Shown: positions 36,225 to 48,880 of the stretch, piece after piece
Layout of the letters: each line of letters begins with the position of its first letter
Position numbering within the stretch: position 1 is the stretch's first letter
Origin: Mobula hypostoma
Lineage: Eukaryota
Length of the DNA: 64,000 bases
Direction of reading: 5' to 3'
Assembly (NCBI RefSeq): GCF_963921235.1
Contig: NC_086108.1
Span: 85,996,001-86,060,000, forward strand
The notes under the pieces: generated by a model
Databases searched by the model: none
What the model was told of the DNA's origin: nothing
What the model saw: only the letters and a program-made list of their open reading frames with translations
Made by a program: the position numbers and the translations under genes

Positions 36225-36919
36225 GTCATATCATTGGGATGCTTAACTCATGTCTCTCCAAAAGATCCCTTACTCCCAGTTGAAGGAAGGTCAGTGGGCC
36301 CCTGGTGGGCAAAGGAAACACTTCAAAGATGAGATCAAAATCAGCCTGAAGAAATTCAATGTTACATCTAAAAACTGAGAAGACGCAGCAGTCAACTGAG
36401 GCACCTGGAGGAACTCTGTTAAAGAGGGATCTGTGCTACATGAAAGCAACCTCTGCTGTGTCAGCTGCAAAACGAGCGCCTGAACAACTGAAGCATCCAA
36501 CCACTAACCAGAGCCGCCATTTTTAATCTTGCCCACACTGCATCAGAATATGTGGGTCCCAGACTGGCCTTTACAGCCACCCGAGGACCCACCAATAGAC
36601 AACCCTTTAAGAGAACATTATATTCAACTCGAGCGATCACAGTACTACTACTGGAGTTTGCTGGGAATGGGTCTGGAAGACCTTAGTATTTTCTTCAGAC
36701 CCAGTGAAGTCTCATGACATCAGGTCAAACATGGCAATGTTCACAAAGCATGATTCTTGGAATTGCCACCGACCATTCTCCCTCAGCTGATAATTCAGTA
36801 TTCCTCCAGATTGAACAACGGCTGGAAGAAACACAAAGTTATAAGGGCACAGAACATACTTTGTGAAGGACAAATTGCTATCCATTACCAAGAGTAGGTT
36901 GCTAGCACCACTACCAACA

Positions 36920-37070
36920 AACTTGACTTCATCCTCACCAGTCAACCTGTAGCAGATGCAGCTGCTCACAAAAGCACTAGTGGAAGCAATTATCACGCAG
37001 TTCATGCAGAGGCAAAGCCCCGCTTTTATCTCAAAGAACCCCTCTTCTGTGCTGTGATATACAATCACCA
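36920..37070 (+). mobile_element. LINE APE endonuclease C-terminal relic
   Basis: Plus frame KLDFILTSQPVADAAAHKSTSGSNYHAV resembles the LDL.L....SDH..V motif. Confidence 0.5.
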
Positions 37071-37269
37071 CATTTAGTAAAATAAAGGCTATTTGTCAAA
37101 GGAGGTGTTCGCCCTAAAATATGAACTCTGTATTCTCCCTCTTCACAGATGCTGAATGATTTGACCATTTTCTGTCTTTATTACAGATGTCCAGCATCAT
37201 CAGTTTTAAATATAATTTTTATCATGTTTAATGGGTGGTCTAACATCACAGCACAATAAAAAGATTCTA

Positions 37270-37540
37270 TCTCTTCAAACATTTGGTTCTTGAACCAACT
37301 GGCACAACCCAAATCATGGTCTTAGTTTAGCCAAACTGAGTACTTTCATCATTTTGCACTACAATGGACTTCTTTGTTATTCTAACTGTGTTCTTTATTG
37401 TAATAATTGTGTGCAAATTATGTTTTTCTTGTGAATGCTGCTTATATATTGTAAAGTTCCAGTGATACTGTGGCTAGTAAGAGTTTCATTGCATACATAT
37501 TCTTGTGCGTGTGACAATAAACTTGACTTTGACTTTGATA
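37270..37540 (+). mobile_element. LINE 3' UTR fragment (Rex1/L2-like)
   Basis: Ends in AATAAA followed by an (ACTTTG)n tail. Confidence 0.6.
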
Positions 37541-37579
37541 TGTTAAACCAGCCATATACACATAGCTTGACATATTCCT

Positions 37580-38130
37580 CACTCTCCCCTGTTCACAGAG
37601 AAAAAAGCAAATCCTGCAAACAATAAAAGTAAGCAAATGGTGTTCAGAACTAATGTCCTTGGAAAAAGAGTTCTGTCAGTGTAGAGCATAGTAAACCTCG
37701 TGGAGCAGTGAGCCAAACTGGTCTGTCTCTTTCTTCTGGCCCCTACACCCTGACCTTTTCAATCTGGCCTGGCGCTTAAATCATTGTCTAAACATCAGGG
37801 TCTGTTGCTTCGATATGCCCTGGGGCCTGGAGCCTGCCACCTTGACTTGGCCCATACCTGACCTTTTCAACTCAACTTGGTGCTTAAATCAATTGAATCA
37901 TGGGTCTTTCCTCGCTCTTGGTGATGGGCCCACTGCCTCACCTCCATTCACCCTGACTGCCTCGCCTAGGTTCTGCCACATCGAATCTACTCCACGTCCA
38001 AAGGGAAGTTACAGACTATTGTTTGCGGCGATCATTTACCAGAAAAGGTGCTTTCAATAAAGTATCCAATCATTTCCTTTGATTTGTCGGCTTTGATAAG
38101 TAGTCGCTGAGCTTCACCAATGCCACGCAT
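37580..38130 (-). mobile_element. Non-autonomous retroposon, same family as 10130-11065
   Basis: Colinear shared blocks: accctgaccttttcaatctggcc, gggaagttacag.ctattg.ttgc..gatcatt. Confidence 0.65.
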
Positions 38131-38185
38131 TTAGAGATGTTTGCACATGATGTAGAGATAGCATCAAGCATTCCAAAAAAATGAG

Positions 38186-38410
38186 CAGCACACAAAATAT
38201 TGGAGGAACTCAGCAGGATAGACAGCATCCGTGGAAAAGAGTAAACAGTCAACATTTCCGGCCGAGACCCTTCACCTATCCTGATGAAGGGTCTCGGCCT
38301 GAAACATTGACTGTTTACTCTTTTCTACAGATGCTTCCAGGCTCGCTGAGTTCCCCCAACATATTGTGCATTGCTCGGATTTCCAGCATCCGCAGATTTT
38401 CTCATGTTTG
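38186..38410. repeat. Palindromic (inverted) duplication of the hammerhead-motif element
   Basis: Arms ~38186-38274 and ~38285-38372 are reverse complements (aagagtaaacagtcaa..gccgagacccttca / tgaagggtctcggc..ttgactgtttactctt); CTGATGA at 38281-38287. Confidence 0.85.
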
Positions 38411-39459
38411 GAATTGCTAAGAAAGACCTTGCTGAAACCGCAAGACAGGACGACCATTGCTAAACCACAGAGACAATATGCGATGGACAGAGCTAAGCAA
38501 TGGCCAACAGATCTGATTAAAGCCCCTGTCATGAATTTGAATATCACACACGAGCATGGACGGAAAAGCTGTAAGAGAGATTTGTGCTATTGAAGTATGA
38601 GAAAGTGACAATGGTGAGATTATAACCAATTACTTTAAACTTTCAATAGTACTTCCATCTTAAACCCACTCATTCAACTTCAACCCTCTGGGGTCATTAC
38701 ATTCAGCACAAACTCAGCTGGATCTATCCCAGTGATAAGGTGGGGCATAAGAGGAGGGTAGGGCTGTGTAGGCTTTGGCATGTGATTAACCTTCAGGTTT
38801 CCCAATACGTATCCACCATTGAAACAGCATGTCGGGATTGTGATGTAGTCGTATGCAGTTGCAGACACAAGGGACACCACCTCCTGCAGATTCCCCTTCA
38901 AACTCTGATTCGGAAGCATATTGCGGGTCTTTCATTGCTGCTGGGTCTCATTTCTGAAACTCCCTATTTAACTAAATGCATTGGACAAAAGGATTTAGAG
39001 ATTGCAGAGGTTCAGGCAAATAACACAAGGACACTGAAGGATGGTCTTTAAATAGTGACTTTATCAGCAATGTCCACATCCTGAACAATAACTTGAATAA
39101 GTAACCTAAACACAAGAAATTCTGCAGATGCTGGAAACCTCCTGCTGAGTTCCTCCAGCATTTTGTGTTTGCTGTTCAAATAATTAGCCTTTTCCTGTTC
39201 ACACTGAGTGAATTCTCTTTAAATACTGCTTCATATGGTATTCCATAGAGATAGTTATATGGGTTTTCCTAATGATATCCAATGATGGATCTAAATATAC
39301 ACACAACATGACTGATAAAAAGTGCTGTATGTTAAAAATTAGGATTTCTGAAATGATGATAAGCCCTGTTTTGCTCAGGCTGTTGTATTCAATGGATCTT
39401 CTCCATCATGAAGTTAATATTCAAACGGACCCCTTGAGGATTATAAAGCAGCCAGAAAA

Positions 39460-42400
39460 ATACTCAAGAACAGAATTAGGAAAGCCAGGAAAGTACATGG
39501 CAAGTTGGGTTAAAGAGAATCCCAAGGCATTTGATACATACATTAAGAGGAAGAACTAGGGAGTGGGTGGGACTACTCAAGGATAAAGGAGGAAACAGTC
39601 TTTGAGGATGCAGGTGAAGCTCTAATGAACACTTAGCATCAAAATTTATCAAAAAGTAGTTCAGGAGTACAGAATGAAGCTTATTAATTTGCCAAGGCAT
39701 TTCCAGATAAAGAAGGAGGTTGTTTTGGGTCACTTAAAGAGCATTAAGGTGGATAAGTTCCCAGGACCTATGGCATATATCCAAAGTTTCCGAGATAGGC
39801 AAGAGGTGAGATTGATGGGGCCTTGGCTGATATATTTATGTCCTCACCAGCCACAAATGAGGTCCTGGAGGTCTGACGAGTAGCTAATGTTGTTCTATTA
39901 TTCATGAATGGAAATAGGGATAATCGTAGATATTACACTGTACTGTACAGTGGTGAATCCCACATCAGTGGTCGGGAAGTTACTGGAAAAGGTTCTTCGG
40001 GATAGGATTTATGAGCATTTGGAAAACCAAGGCCTAATTTGGGGTAATCTGTACAGCTTTATGCAAGGCATATTGTGTTTAATTAACAAGGTTTTGTGAG
40101 GAGATGATGAGTGTGACTGATGAAGGTATAACTGTGGATGTTGTCTACGTGGATTTTAGTAGAGCTTTACAAGGTCCATCATGGAGGGCTCATCCAGATT
40201 AAGATGCATAGGATCCACAATGTATCCATCATTTAGATTCAGAATTTACTTGCTTATAGAAGACAGAGCTTAGTTGTCGATAGGTCTTATTGGGGCTGGA
40301 GGTCAGTGACTAGTGGTGTTCTGCAGGGATCTGTACATGGACCTCTGCTATTTGTGATAGGTACAAATGACTTGGATGAAAACATAGATGGCTGGATTAG
40401 GAAGTATGTGTACAATATGAATATTGATGGTGTTGTGCATAGTGTAGACTGGCAAATGATATAGTAGGATAAAGACCAGTTGTAGATATTGGTTAACCCA
40501 GCTAAATGCGAGGTGTTGCACCTCAAGAGGGACACAAATATGTAATGACATGACCTAAACAGTATTAACATGCATAGGGATCTTGTGGGCCAAGGTCCCT
40601 GAAGGTGAGTACACAGGTTGAAGAGAAGATAAAGGCACCATGCTTGCCTTTAATAGCTGAGGAATTGAGCTCAAGAGTTGGGGAGCTTTGTGGCAGCAGG
40701 AGTATTGCATTCTATTCTTGTCACCCCATTATAGGACGGATTTTGAGGCTTCTCCTCCGACTATCTTTGTACCATCTGCAAACTCAGCCAAAAACCCCTC
40801 AATTCTGTCATCCAAATCATTACTTTTCACATGATATGTTAGTGGACCTGACACCGACCCCTGCAGAACATCCACTAGTCACTGACGACCAACCAGTAAA
40901 GACACCCTTTATTCCTACTCTTTGCCTCCTGCCAGGCAGCCTATCTTCTCCCATGTCAGTAGATTTGCTATAATACCATGGGTTCTTCACTTGTTTAGCA
41001 GCATCATGTGAGGCACCTTGTCAAAGGCCTTCTGAAAATCCATGCATACACCTGACTCTCCTTCATCTATCCTGCCCGTTATTTCTTAAAAGAATTCTAT
41101 CAGATTTGTCAGACAAGTCAAATCTGTTGGAATTCTTTGAAGAATTAATGCTACATTATGCTGCTCTGTAATGAATTAAACCTTGCTTAATGCCGAGGCT
41201 GTATTCCCAGGGATGAGAGTGCTAGTGGGACCATTATAGCACTATATATATAGAAATGTGTTACGAACAGTCATGCTGTGTCATGAAACAGTCTCAAACA
41301 CCTGCCTTTCTCCCTGCTGTTACACACTACTCTGCTGTGATCCTGGCAAACATTTTATCCTTCAATGAAGCTCCTGAGGCAATGAAATATTGCTCTGAAG
41401 CTCAGTGTGAATTCACCCGTCAGGGAGACATGCAGAGGCTGCCTGGCAAGGCTTTGCAAGTTCAAAGATCCTTCAAGGCGGCAGAACATATAGATAACAT
41501 TGTTAAGAAAATAATATGGAATACCAGCCTTTATTAGCCGGAGAATGTAATACATAAAACATTGAGCACTACAGCACAGTACAGGCCCTTCTACCCAAGA
41601 TGTTGTGGTAAATGTTAAGGCCAATCTAACCCTTCCCTACTATATAGCCCTGCACTTTTTTATCATCCATCTGTCTATCTAAGAGCTTCTTAAATGCCCC
41701 TAATGAATTTGCTTCTACACCACACCTGGCAGGACCTTCTATGCACCCACCACTCTCTGTTTAAAAAAAAACAAAATCACCTCTAACATCTCCCTTATAC
41801 CTTCAACCAATCACTTTAAAATTATGCCCCTTCCATTAGCCATTTCTGCCTTTGGAAAAGGTCTTTGGCTATCCACTCAGACTGCCTCTTATCATCTAGT
41901 ACACCTCTATCGAATCACCTCTCATCTTACTTCACTTCAAAGAGATATAGCCATATCTAGCTCAACCCACCTTCATTAGTCACACTTGTTAAATCCAGGC
42001 AGCATCCTGGTAAATCTCCTCCACAGCCTCTCTAAAGCTTCCGCATCCTTCATGTAATTAGGCAACCAGAATAGAACATAATATTCTAGGTGTGGACTTG
42101 CCAGGGTTGAACTCAATCCTCTGACTAATGAAGGCCAACGCACCATGCACCTTCTTAACAACCTGAAGAACTTGTGCAGCAACTTCGAGGTATCTATGGG
42201 CATAGACCCCACTATCCCACTGTAACTCCACTTTGCTAAGAATCCCGCCGTTAACCCTGCCATTAACCGCTGCCTTCAAATTTGACCTTCCAAAGTGAAT
42301 CACTTCACAATTTCCCCGGTTGAAATCCAAGAAGAGAGAGGTTACATTCCAACTGTATAAAATATTTGTTGGAGCTCAGCTCTCACCACATTGCAGGAAT

Positions 42401-42590
42401 CAGGTGATGGCACTAGAAAGGGGGTTGAAGAGATTCACTGAATGCTGCTCAGGATGGAGCACCTCAGTTATGAAGAAAGACTGAGGAAGTTAGATCTGTT
42501 TTCCTTAAAACATTTAAGAGGGGTTATGATTAAATATATGAAATTACATGGTGTATAGATACGGTAGTTTGCACAAAAATTTACCCCATA
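39460..42590. mobile_element. Mosaic of old CR1 pieces: a plus-strand copy interrupted by antisense fragments (~40790-41120, ~41550-42330)
   Basis: TSVVGKLLEKVLRDRIYEHLE (39908-40099); PHLEYYVLFWLPNY..RFTRMLPG on the minus strand (41976-42263). Confidence 0.8.
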
Positions 42591-42599
42591 TCAGAGATG

Positions 42600-42890
42600 G
42601 ATTACGTTAGTCTTGTGAGACCATGGATTTGTGCATTGGAAGGTTTCCAGGGCGCAGGCCTGGGCAAGGTTGTATGGAAGACTGCCAGTTGCCCATGCTG
42701 CAAGTCTCCCCTCTCCACGCCATCGATGTTGTCCAAGGGAAGGGCAAGGGCCGATGCAGCTTGGCACCAGTGTCATCGCAGAGTAACGTGTGGTTAAGTG
42801 CCTTGCTCAAGGACACAACACACTGCCTCAGCTGAGGCTTGAACTAGCGACTTTCAGATCACTAGACCGACACCTTAACCACTTGGCCAC
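42600..42890 (-). mobile_element. tRNA-derived CORE-like SINE, tail type 1
   Basis: Minus strand: gtggccaagtggttaagg (A box), agttcaagcc (B box), tgtgtccttgagcaaggcacttaac (CORE-like). Confidence 0.75.
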
Positions 42891-42964
42891 ACAATAACAC
42901 GTAGCTATAGGTCAAGAGAATTCAAACAGATCAAGGGGAGCTTTTTCCACTCAGAGAGTAATGA

Positions 42965-43345
42965 TTATCCGGACCATTGTTGGTAGAATCTCAGGTGGTG
43001 ACAAGAAGGCGTACAGAAGTGAGATATGCCAACTAGCGAAGTGGTGCCACAGTAACAACCTGGCACTCAACGTCAGTAAGACGAAAGAGCTGATTGTGGA
43101 CTTCAGAAAGGGTAAGACGAAGGAACACATATCAATCCTCATAGAGGAATCAGAAGTGGAGAGAGTAAGCAGCTTCAAGTTCCTGGGTGTCAAGATCTCT
43201 GAGGATCTAATCTGGTCCCAACATATTGATGTGGTCATAAAGAAGGCAAGACAGCGGTTGTACTTTGTTAGGAGTGTGAAGCGATTTTGCATGTCAGCAA
43301 ATACATTCAAAAACTTCTATAGTTGTACCGTGGAGAGCATTCTGC
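42965..43345 (+). mobile_element. Rex1/Babar-type LINE RT fragment
   Basis: TIVGRISGGD..AYRSEI..LAKWCHSNNLALNVSKTKELIVDFRK..VSSFKFLGV.ISEDL.WS.H..KKARQRLYF. Confidence 0.85.
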
Positions 43346-43530
43346 AACTGGTGAAGCACCTGGACAACAGTTGTTGTATATGTTGCTTCTCCCATCTCAG
43401 CTGCCGAAGCTTGTATTCCTTCAGAGTTGTCACTGGTCTCTTTATGGCCTCCCTCACAAGTGCCATTCTTGCTAATCTCTCAGTTTTTGAGGATGGCCTG
43501 CTCTAGGCAGATTTACAGCTGTGCCACAGC
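43345..43530 (-). mobile_element. Probable Tc1 transposase N-terminal fragment
   Basis: Minus frame resembles LPRAGHPQKL..LARMALVREAIKRPVTTLKE.Q (Tc1 HTH region). Confidence 0.55.
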
Positions 43531-44519
43531 TATGGTCCAGCTGTGGGTCGATGGGACTAAGCAGGGTGACAGATTGGCAAGGACTAGATGGGCCAAAGGG
43601 CCTATTTCTGTGCTGTAGAGCTCTATGGCTCTATGACTGTATCTTTCTTGATTCCACTTACTCTGTGTGCAGTCATAAATCTGCACCAGACTTTGCATCC
43701 TTTTAAGAATCAAAGCAGCTGGAATAAGCACATAATGTAACGCCTCAAATGAAAAAATATAAACAGCCCTGAATCACGTATATGATTAGAGGAATACCTT
43801 TATTATGGATCCAGGGTTCACTGAAAGACATGTTATTTCTGATTTCACACTTCCGAGTTAGATAGTTTTCTCTTGCTTTGAGATTATATTCTGAATGTGA
43901 AGTACTCTAACATCTCTGGCAGAATGCCTAAGTGGAAGATCAGCTATTCTGTTGGGAAGTAATTTCAGGAAACAATGTAACTCTTCTTTCTACTGTAAGA
44001 TTTCACTGTCATCCAAAATTCTGGCCATTGACATACAGATAGATAGATGATAATGACATCTTAGTAATAATTCCTTTCAGGCCAGGCTGTTACAGGTATA
44101 GTTACTCACTGTCAGGTAGACAAGAATGTCTTAATAAGACTTCCAATTGGGCTTCCCTAGTATATGCTGTGAGTCAGAGCTGATGGACGAGAAAGCTTAC
44201 CAGAGTCCTTCTGTGCATCATAGTTATTAAGAAAGGTGATATATATGGGCAGGATTATTCTGTTAACAAACCCATTTGGACACACAAGGAGAGGGACACC
44301 CAAGGAATGGGGAGAAGTTATCAGCAATTCCTCTCAGGGCATCGCCAGAAAAGATACATACACTTCAATAGATATACAGGTCCCTGTAATTACTCGGTGA
44401 AGACCAAAAGCTTGCAGTCCTTTCCGCTGGAGATCCATTGAGGTGCAGACACACATGCACCTTGAGACTTAGTAGCATTACACTGCAGATTCAATTTAAC
44501 CCTGTCATAGTATTTAGAG

Positions 44520-44810
44520 TGTGGCGCATGGCCAAGTGGTTAGGGCGTTGGACTAGTGATCTGAAGGTTGTGGGTTTGAGCCTCGGCCGAGACAGTATGT
44601 GTGTCCTTGAGCAAGGTACTTATCCACACAATGCTTCAGTCTACCCAGCTGAGAATGGGTACCGGCAAAAATACTGGGGGTTAACCTCGCGATAGATTGG
44701 CGTCCTATCTGGGACGGGGGGGAGAGTCATGTACTCTCAGTTGCTTCACGCCACGAAAACTGGCATAAGCACCAGCCTGTTGGACCACAAGGCTCGTTGC
44801 AGACCTTAAT
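44520..44810 (+). mobile_element. tRNA-derived CORE-like SINE, tail type 2
   Basis: tggccaagtggttaggg (A box), ggtttgagcc (B box), tgtgtccttgagcaaggtactta; 3' half differs from 42600-42890. Confidence 0.75.
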
Positions 44811-45832
44811 CTTTAATAGCATTTAGAGGGGGGCATTTGCTTCAATGGAGAGCTGATGAATGAAACAGAGCATTCAACGTGAATGAGGGAAGTTAGTTTG
44901 TCTGGTTCAGTTACAGCAACATGCAGTTTTGTTGTGATCAAAATTCTGAGCAGGACTAAAAAAAATTTGTTCTTGAAGATTTTAGCAAAAGTCAGATGAG
45001 TAACCGATTGTAGAAGGCAGGTGGGAAGGGCTAGAAGATCATCGAGGAAGTTCATTTACTACACTTTGACTCATTCCAGAAAATGAATTATTAAGGAGAA
45101 TTGTTCAACACAGTAACAAACTTCTGTAAAATTCTGTACAAGGCAAATGTAAACCAAACCAAGCAAGACACCTATGAGCTTATCCTAGGACAAATTATTA
45201 GGGCAGGGACTTTTGAATTGGATTTGAAATATAATTTGAAATGCTGAAATTACATAACAATCACAGACAAAGCTGAGTTTATTCTCATATGCACAAGTAC
45301 ATGTATGCACAGGAGCAGTGAAAATTTTACTTGCAGTGGCATCACAGGGGCATAGCATCATATAAACAGCATTAAAAAAAAAAGTACATTATTCACAATT
45401 TTTACAAGAACGATCACAATTAAAACAAAAAAAAATCCATGGTAGTGAAAAGTAGTGAACGTGGTCATTGTTTGCTAAAACATAGTGGACTGTGTTGAAG
45501 GGAAGGGATGTACCTGTTCTTGAACTGTGGAACTTCCAGGTTTCTGTAACTCCTACCTGATGATAGCTGTGAAATAAGGCATGCCCAGGATAATGGGGAT
45601 TTTTCGTGATGGATGTTGCCTTCTTGCACCTCCTGTAGATACTACGGATGGGAGAGAAAAATGTCTCAAAGTTCAAAGTAAAATTTATCATCAGAGTCCA
45701 TACATGTTATCACATACAACCCTGAGGCATATTAAGCAGAGTCTACTACTCTCTGCACCTTCTCACACCCAGAACATTCCAATTGCTGTACCAAATCTTG
45801 ATAAACCAGTCAGGATATTTTCAATGGTACAT

Positions 45833-48800
45833 AGAACATAGAGCAGTACAGCACAGTACAGGCCCTTCAGCCCACAATGTTGTTCCGACCCTTAAACCCA
45901 GCCTCCCATATAACCCCCAACCTTAAATTCCTCCATATACCTGTCTAGTAGTCTCTTAAATTTCACTAGTGTATCTGCCTCCACCACTGACCCAGGCAGT
46001 GCATTCCACGCACCAACCACTCTCTGAGTAAAAAACCTTCCTCTAATATCCCCCTTGAACTTCCCACCCCTTACCTTAAAGCCATGTCCTCTTGTATTGA
46101 GCAGTGGTGCCCTGGGGAAGAGGCGCTGGCTATCCACTCTATCTATTCCTCTTAATATCTTGTATAACTCTTATCATGTCTCCTCTCATCCTCCTTCTCT
46201 CCAGAGAGTAAAGCCCTAGCTCCCTTAATCTCTGATCATAATGCATACTCTCTAAACCAGGCAGCATCCTGGAAAATCTCCTCTGTACCCTTTCCAATGC
46301 TTCCACATCCTTCCTATAGCGAGGTGACCAGAACTGGACACAGTACTCCAAGTGTGGCCTAACCAGAGTTTTATAGAGCTGCATCATTACATCGCAACTC
46401 TTAAACTCTATCTCTTGACTTATGAAAGCTAACACTCCATAAGCTTTCTTAACTACCCTATCTACCTGTGAGGCAACTTTCAGGGATCTGTGGACATGTA
46501 CCCCCAGATCCCTCTGCGCCTCCACACTACCAAGTATCCTGCTATTTACTTTGTACTCTGCCTTGGAGTTTGTCCTTCCAAAGTGTACCACCTCACACTT
46601 CTCCGGGTTGATCTCCATCTGCCACTTCTCAGCCCACTTCTGCATCCTATCAATGTCTCTCTGCAATCTTCGACAATCCTCTACACTATCTACAACACCA
46701 CCAACCTTTGTGTCATCTGTAAACTTGCCAACCCACCTTTCTACCCCCGCATCCAGGTTGTTAATAAAAATCAGGAAAAGTAGAGGTCCCAGAACAGATC
46801 CTTGTGGGACACCACTAGTCACAATCCTCCAATCAGAATGTACTCCCTCCACCACCACCCTCTGCTTTCTGTAGGCAAGCCAATTCTGAATCCACCTGGC
46901 CAAACTTCCCTGGATCCCATGCCTTCTGACTTTCTGAATAAGCCAACCATGTGGAACCTTGTCAAATGCTTTACTAAAATCCATGTAGATCACATCCACT
47001 GCACTACCCTTATCTATATGCCTGGTCTCCTCCTCAAAGAACTCTATCAGGCTTGTTAGACATGATCTGCCCTTCACAAAGTCATGCTGACTGTCCCTGA
47101 TCAGACCATGATTCTCTAAATGCCTATAGATCCTATCTCTAAGAATCTTTTCCAACAGCTTTCCCACCACAGACGTAAGGCTCACTGGTCTATAGTTACC
47201 CGGACTATCCCTACTACCTTTTTTGATCAAGGGGACAACATTCGCCTCTCTCCAATCCTCCGGTACCATTCCCATGGACAAAAAGGACATAAAGATCCTT
47301 GGCAGAGGCTCAGCAATATCTTCCCTCACCTCGTGGAGCAGCCTGGGGAATATTCTATCAGTCCCCGGGGACTTATCTGTCTTAATGTATTTTAACCACT
47401 CCGACACCTCCTCTGCCTTAATATCAACATGCTCCAGAACATCAACCTCACTCATATTGTTCTCACCATCATCAAGTTCCCTCTCATTGGTGAACACCGA
47501 AGAGAAGTATTCATTGAGGACCTCGCTCACTTCCACGGCCTCCAGGCACATCTTCCCACCTTTATCTCTAATCAGTCAAATCTTCACACCTGTCATCCTT
47601 TTGTTCTTCACATAATTGAAGAATGCCTTGGTGTTTTCCTTTACCCTACTCGCCAAGGCCTTCTCATGCCCCCTTCTTGCTCTCCTCAGCTCCTTCTTAA
47701 GCTTCTTTCTTGCTACCCTATATTCCTCAATAGACCCATCTGATCCTTGCTTCCTAAACCTCATGTATGCTGCCTTCTTCCCCCGACTAGAATCTCCACC
47801 TCACTTGTCACCCATAGTTCCTTCACCCAACCATTCTTTATCTTCCTCACCATGACAAATTTATCCCTAACATCCTGCAAGAGATCCCTAAACATCGACC
47901 ACATGTCCATAGTACATTTCCCAACAAAAATATCATCCCAGTTCACACCACAAGTTCTAGCCTTATAGCCTCATAACTTGCCCTTCCCCAATTAAAAGTT
48001 TTTTGTCCTCTCTGATTCTACCCTTTTCCACAATAATGGTAAAGGCCAGAGAGCGGTGGTCACTGTCCCCCAGATGCTCAGCCACCGAGAGATCTGTGAC
48101 CTGACCCAGTTTGTTACCTAATACTAGATCTAGTATGGCATTTCCCCTAGTTGGCCTGTCAACATACTGTGACAGGAATCCGTCCTGGACACCCTTAACT
48201 AACTCTGCCCAGTCTAAACCACTTGAACTAATCAGGTGCCAATCAATATTAGGGAAGTTAAAGTCACCCATGATTACAACCCTGTTATTTTTGCACCTTT
48301 CCAAAATCTGCTTTCCAATCTGCTCTTCGGTATCTCTGCTGCTACCAGGGGGCTATAGAATACTCCCAATAGAGTATCTGCTCCCTTCCTGTTCCTGACT
48401 TCCACCCATACTGACTCAAAAGAGGATCCTGCTACATTACCCACCCTTTCTGTAGCTGTAATAGTATCCCTGACCAGTAATGCTACCCTTCCTCCCCTCC
48501 CCCACCCCCTCTATCCCTTTTAAAGCACTGAAATCCAGGAATATTGAGAATCCATTCCTGCCCTGGTGCCAGCCAATTCTCTGTAATGGCCACTACATCA
48601 TAATTCCATGTATGTATCCAAGCTCTCAGTTCATCACCTTTGATCCTGATGCATCTTGCATTGAAGTACACGCACTTTAGCCCTTCTACCTTACTACCTT
48701 TACACCCTTTATTCTGCTTCCCTGTCCTCAAAGCCTCTTTATTTGTTAGATCCTCCACCTCACTATCTGCTCTAACACTCTGCTTCCCCTCCCCCCTGCA

Positions 48801-48880
48801 AATCTGGTTTAAAACCCCCAGAGCAGCACTAGTAAACTTCCCCACAAGGATGTTAGTCCCCTCCAGTTCAGGTGCAACCC
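45833..48880 (-). mobile_element. Young CR1 LINE, 5'-truncated within the end of ORF1, with the whole ORF2 region
   Basis: TSD GTACAT (45827-45832 / 48881-48886); APE (LKCVYFNAR..VAITENWL; GDFNFP; LGDSDH), RT ORF, 3' tail with (TTCTATG)-like repeats. Confidence 0.95.
46139..47551 (-). pseudogene. CR1 ORF2 RT segment (470 aa open; frameshifts upstream and near the C-terminus)
   Basis: NYRPVSLTS, MDFSKAFDKV, SGVPQGSVLGP, FTDD, VRPHLEYCVQFWSP. Confidence 0.92.

Larger units (their letters stand above)
35690..36600 (+). mobile_element. RTE-clade LINE 3' fragment hosting two hammerhead-motif insertions
   Basis: YRMDNRLFNL, ELRYTDD (RT), GGQRKHFKD and a C-terminal CPHC..C.S..GLYSH..TH zinc finger. 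Confidence 0.75.

Noticed and set aside
36712..37071. 119-aa minus-strand ORF with exon-like boundaries
   Set aside because: The plus strand here is better explained as a LINE endonuclease relic.
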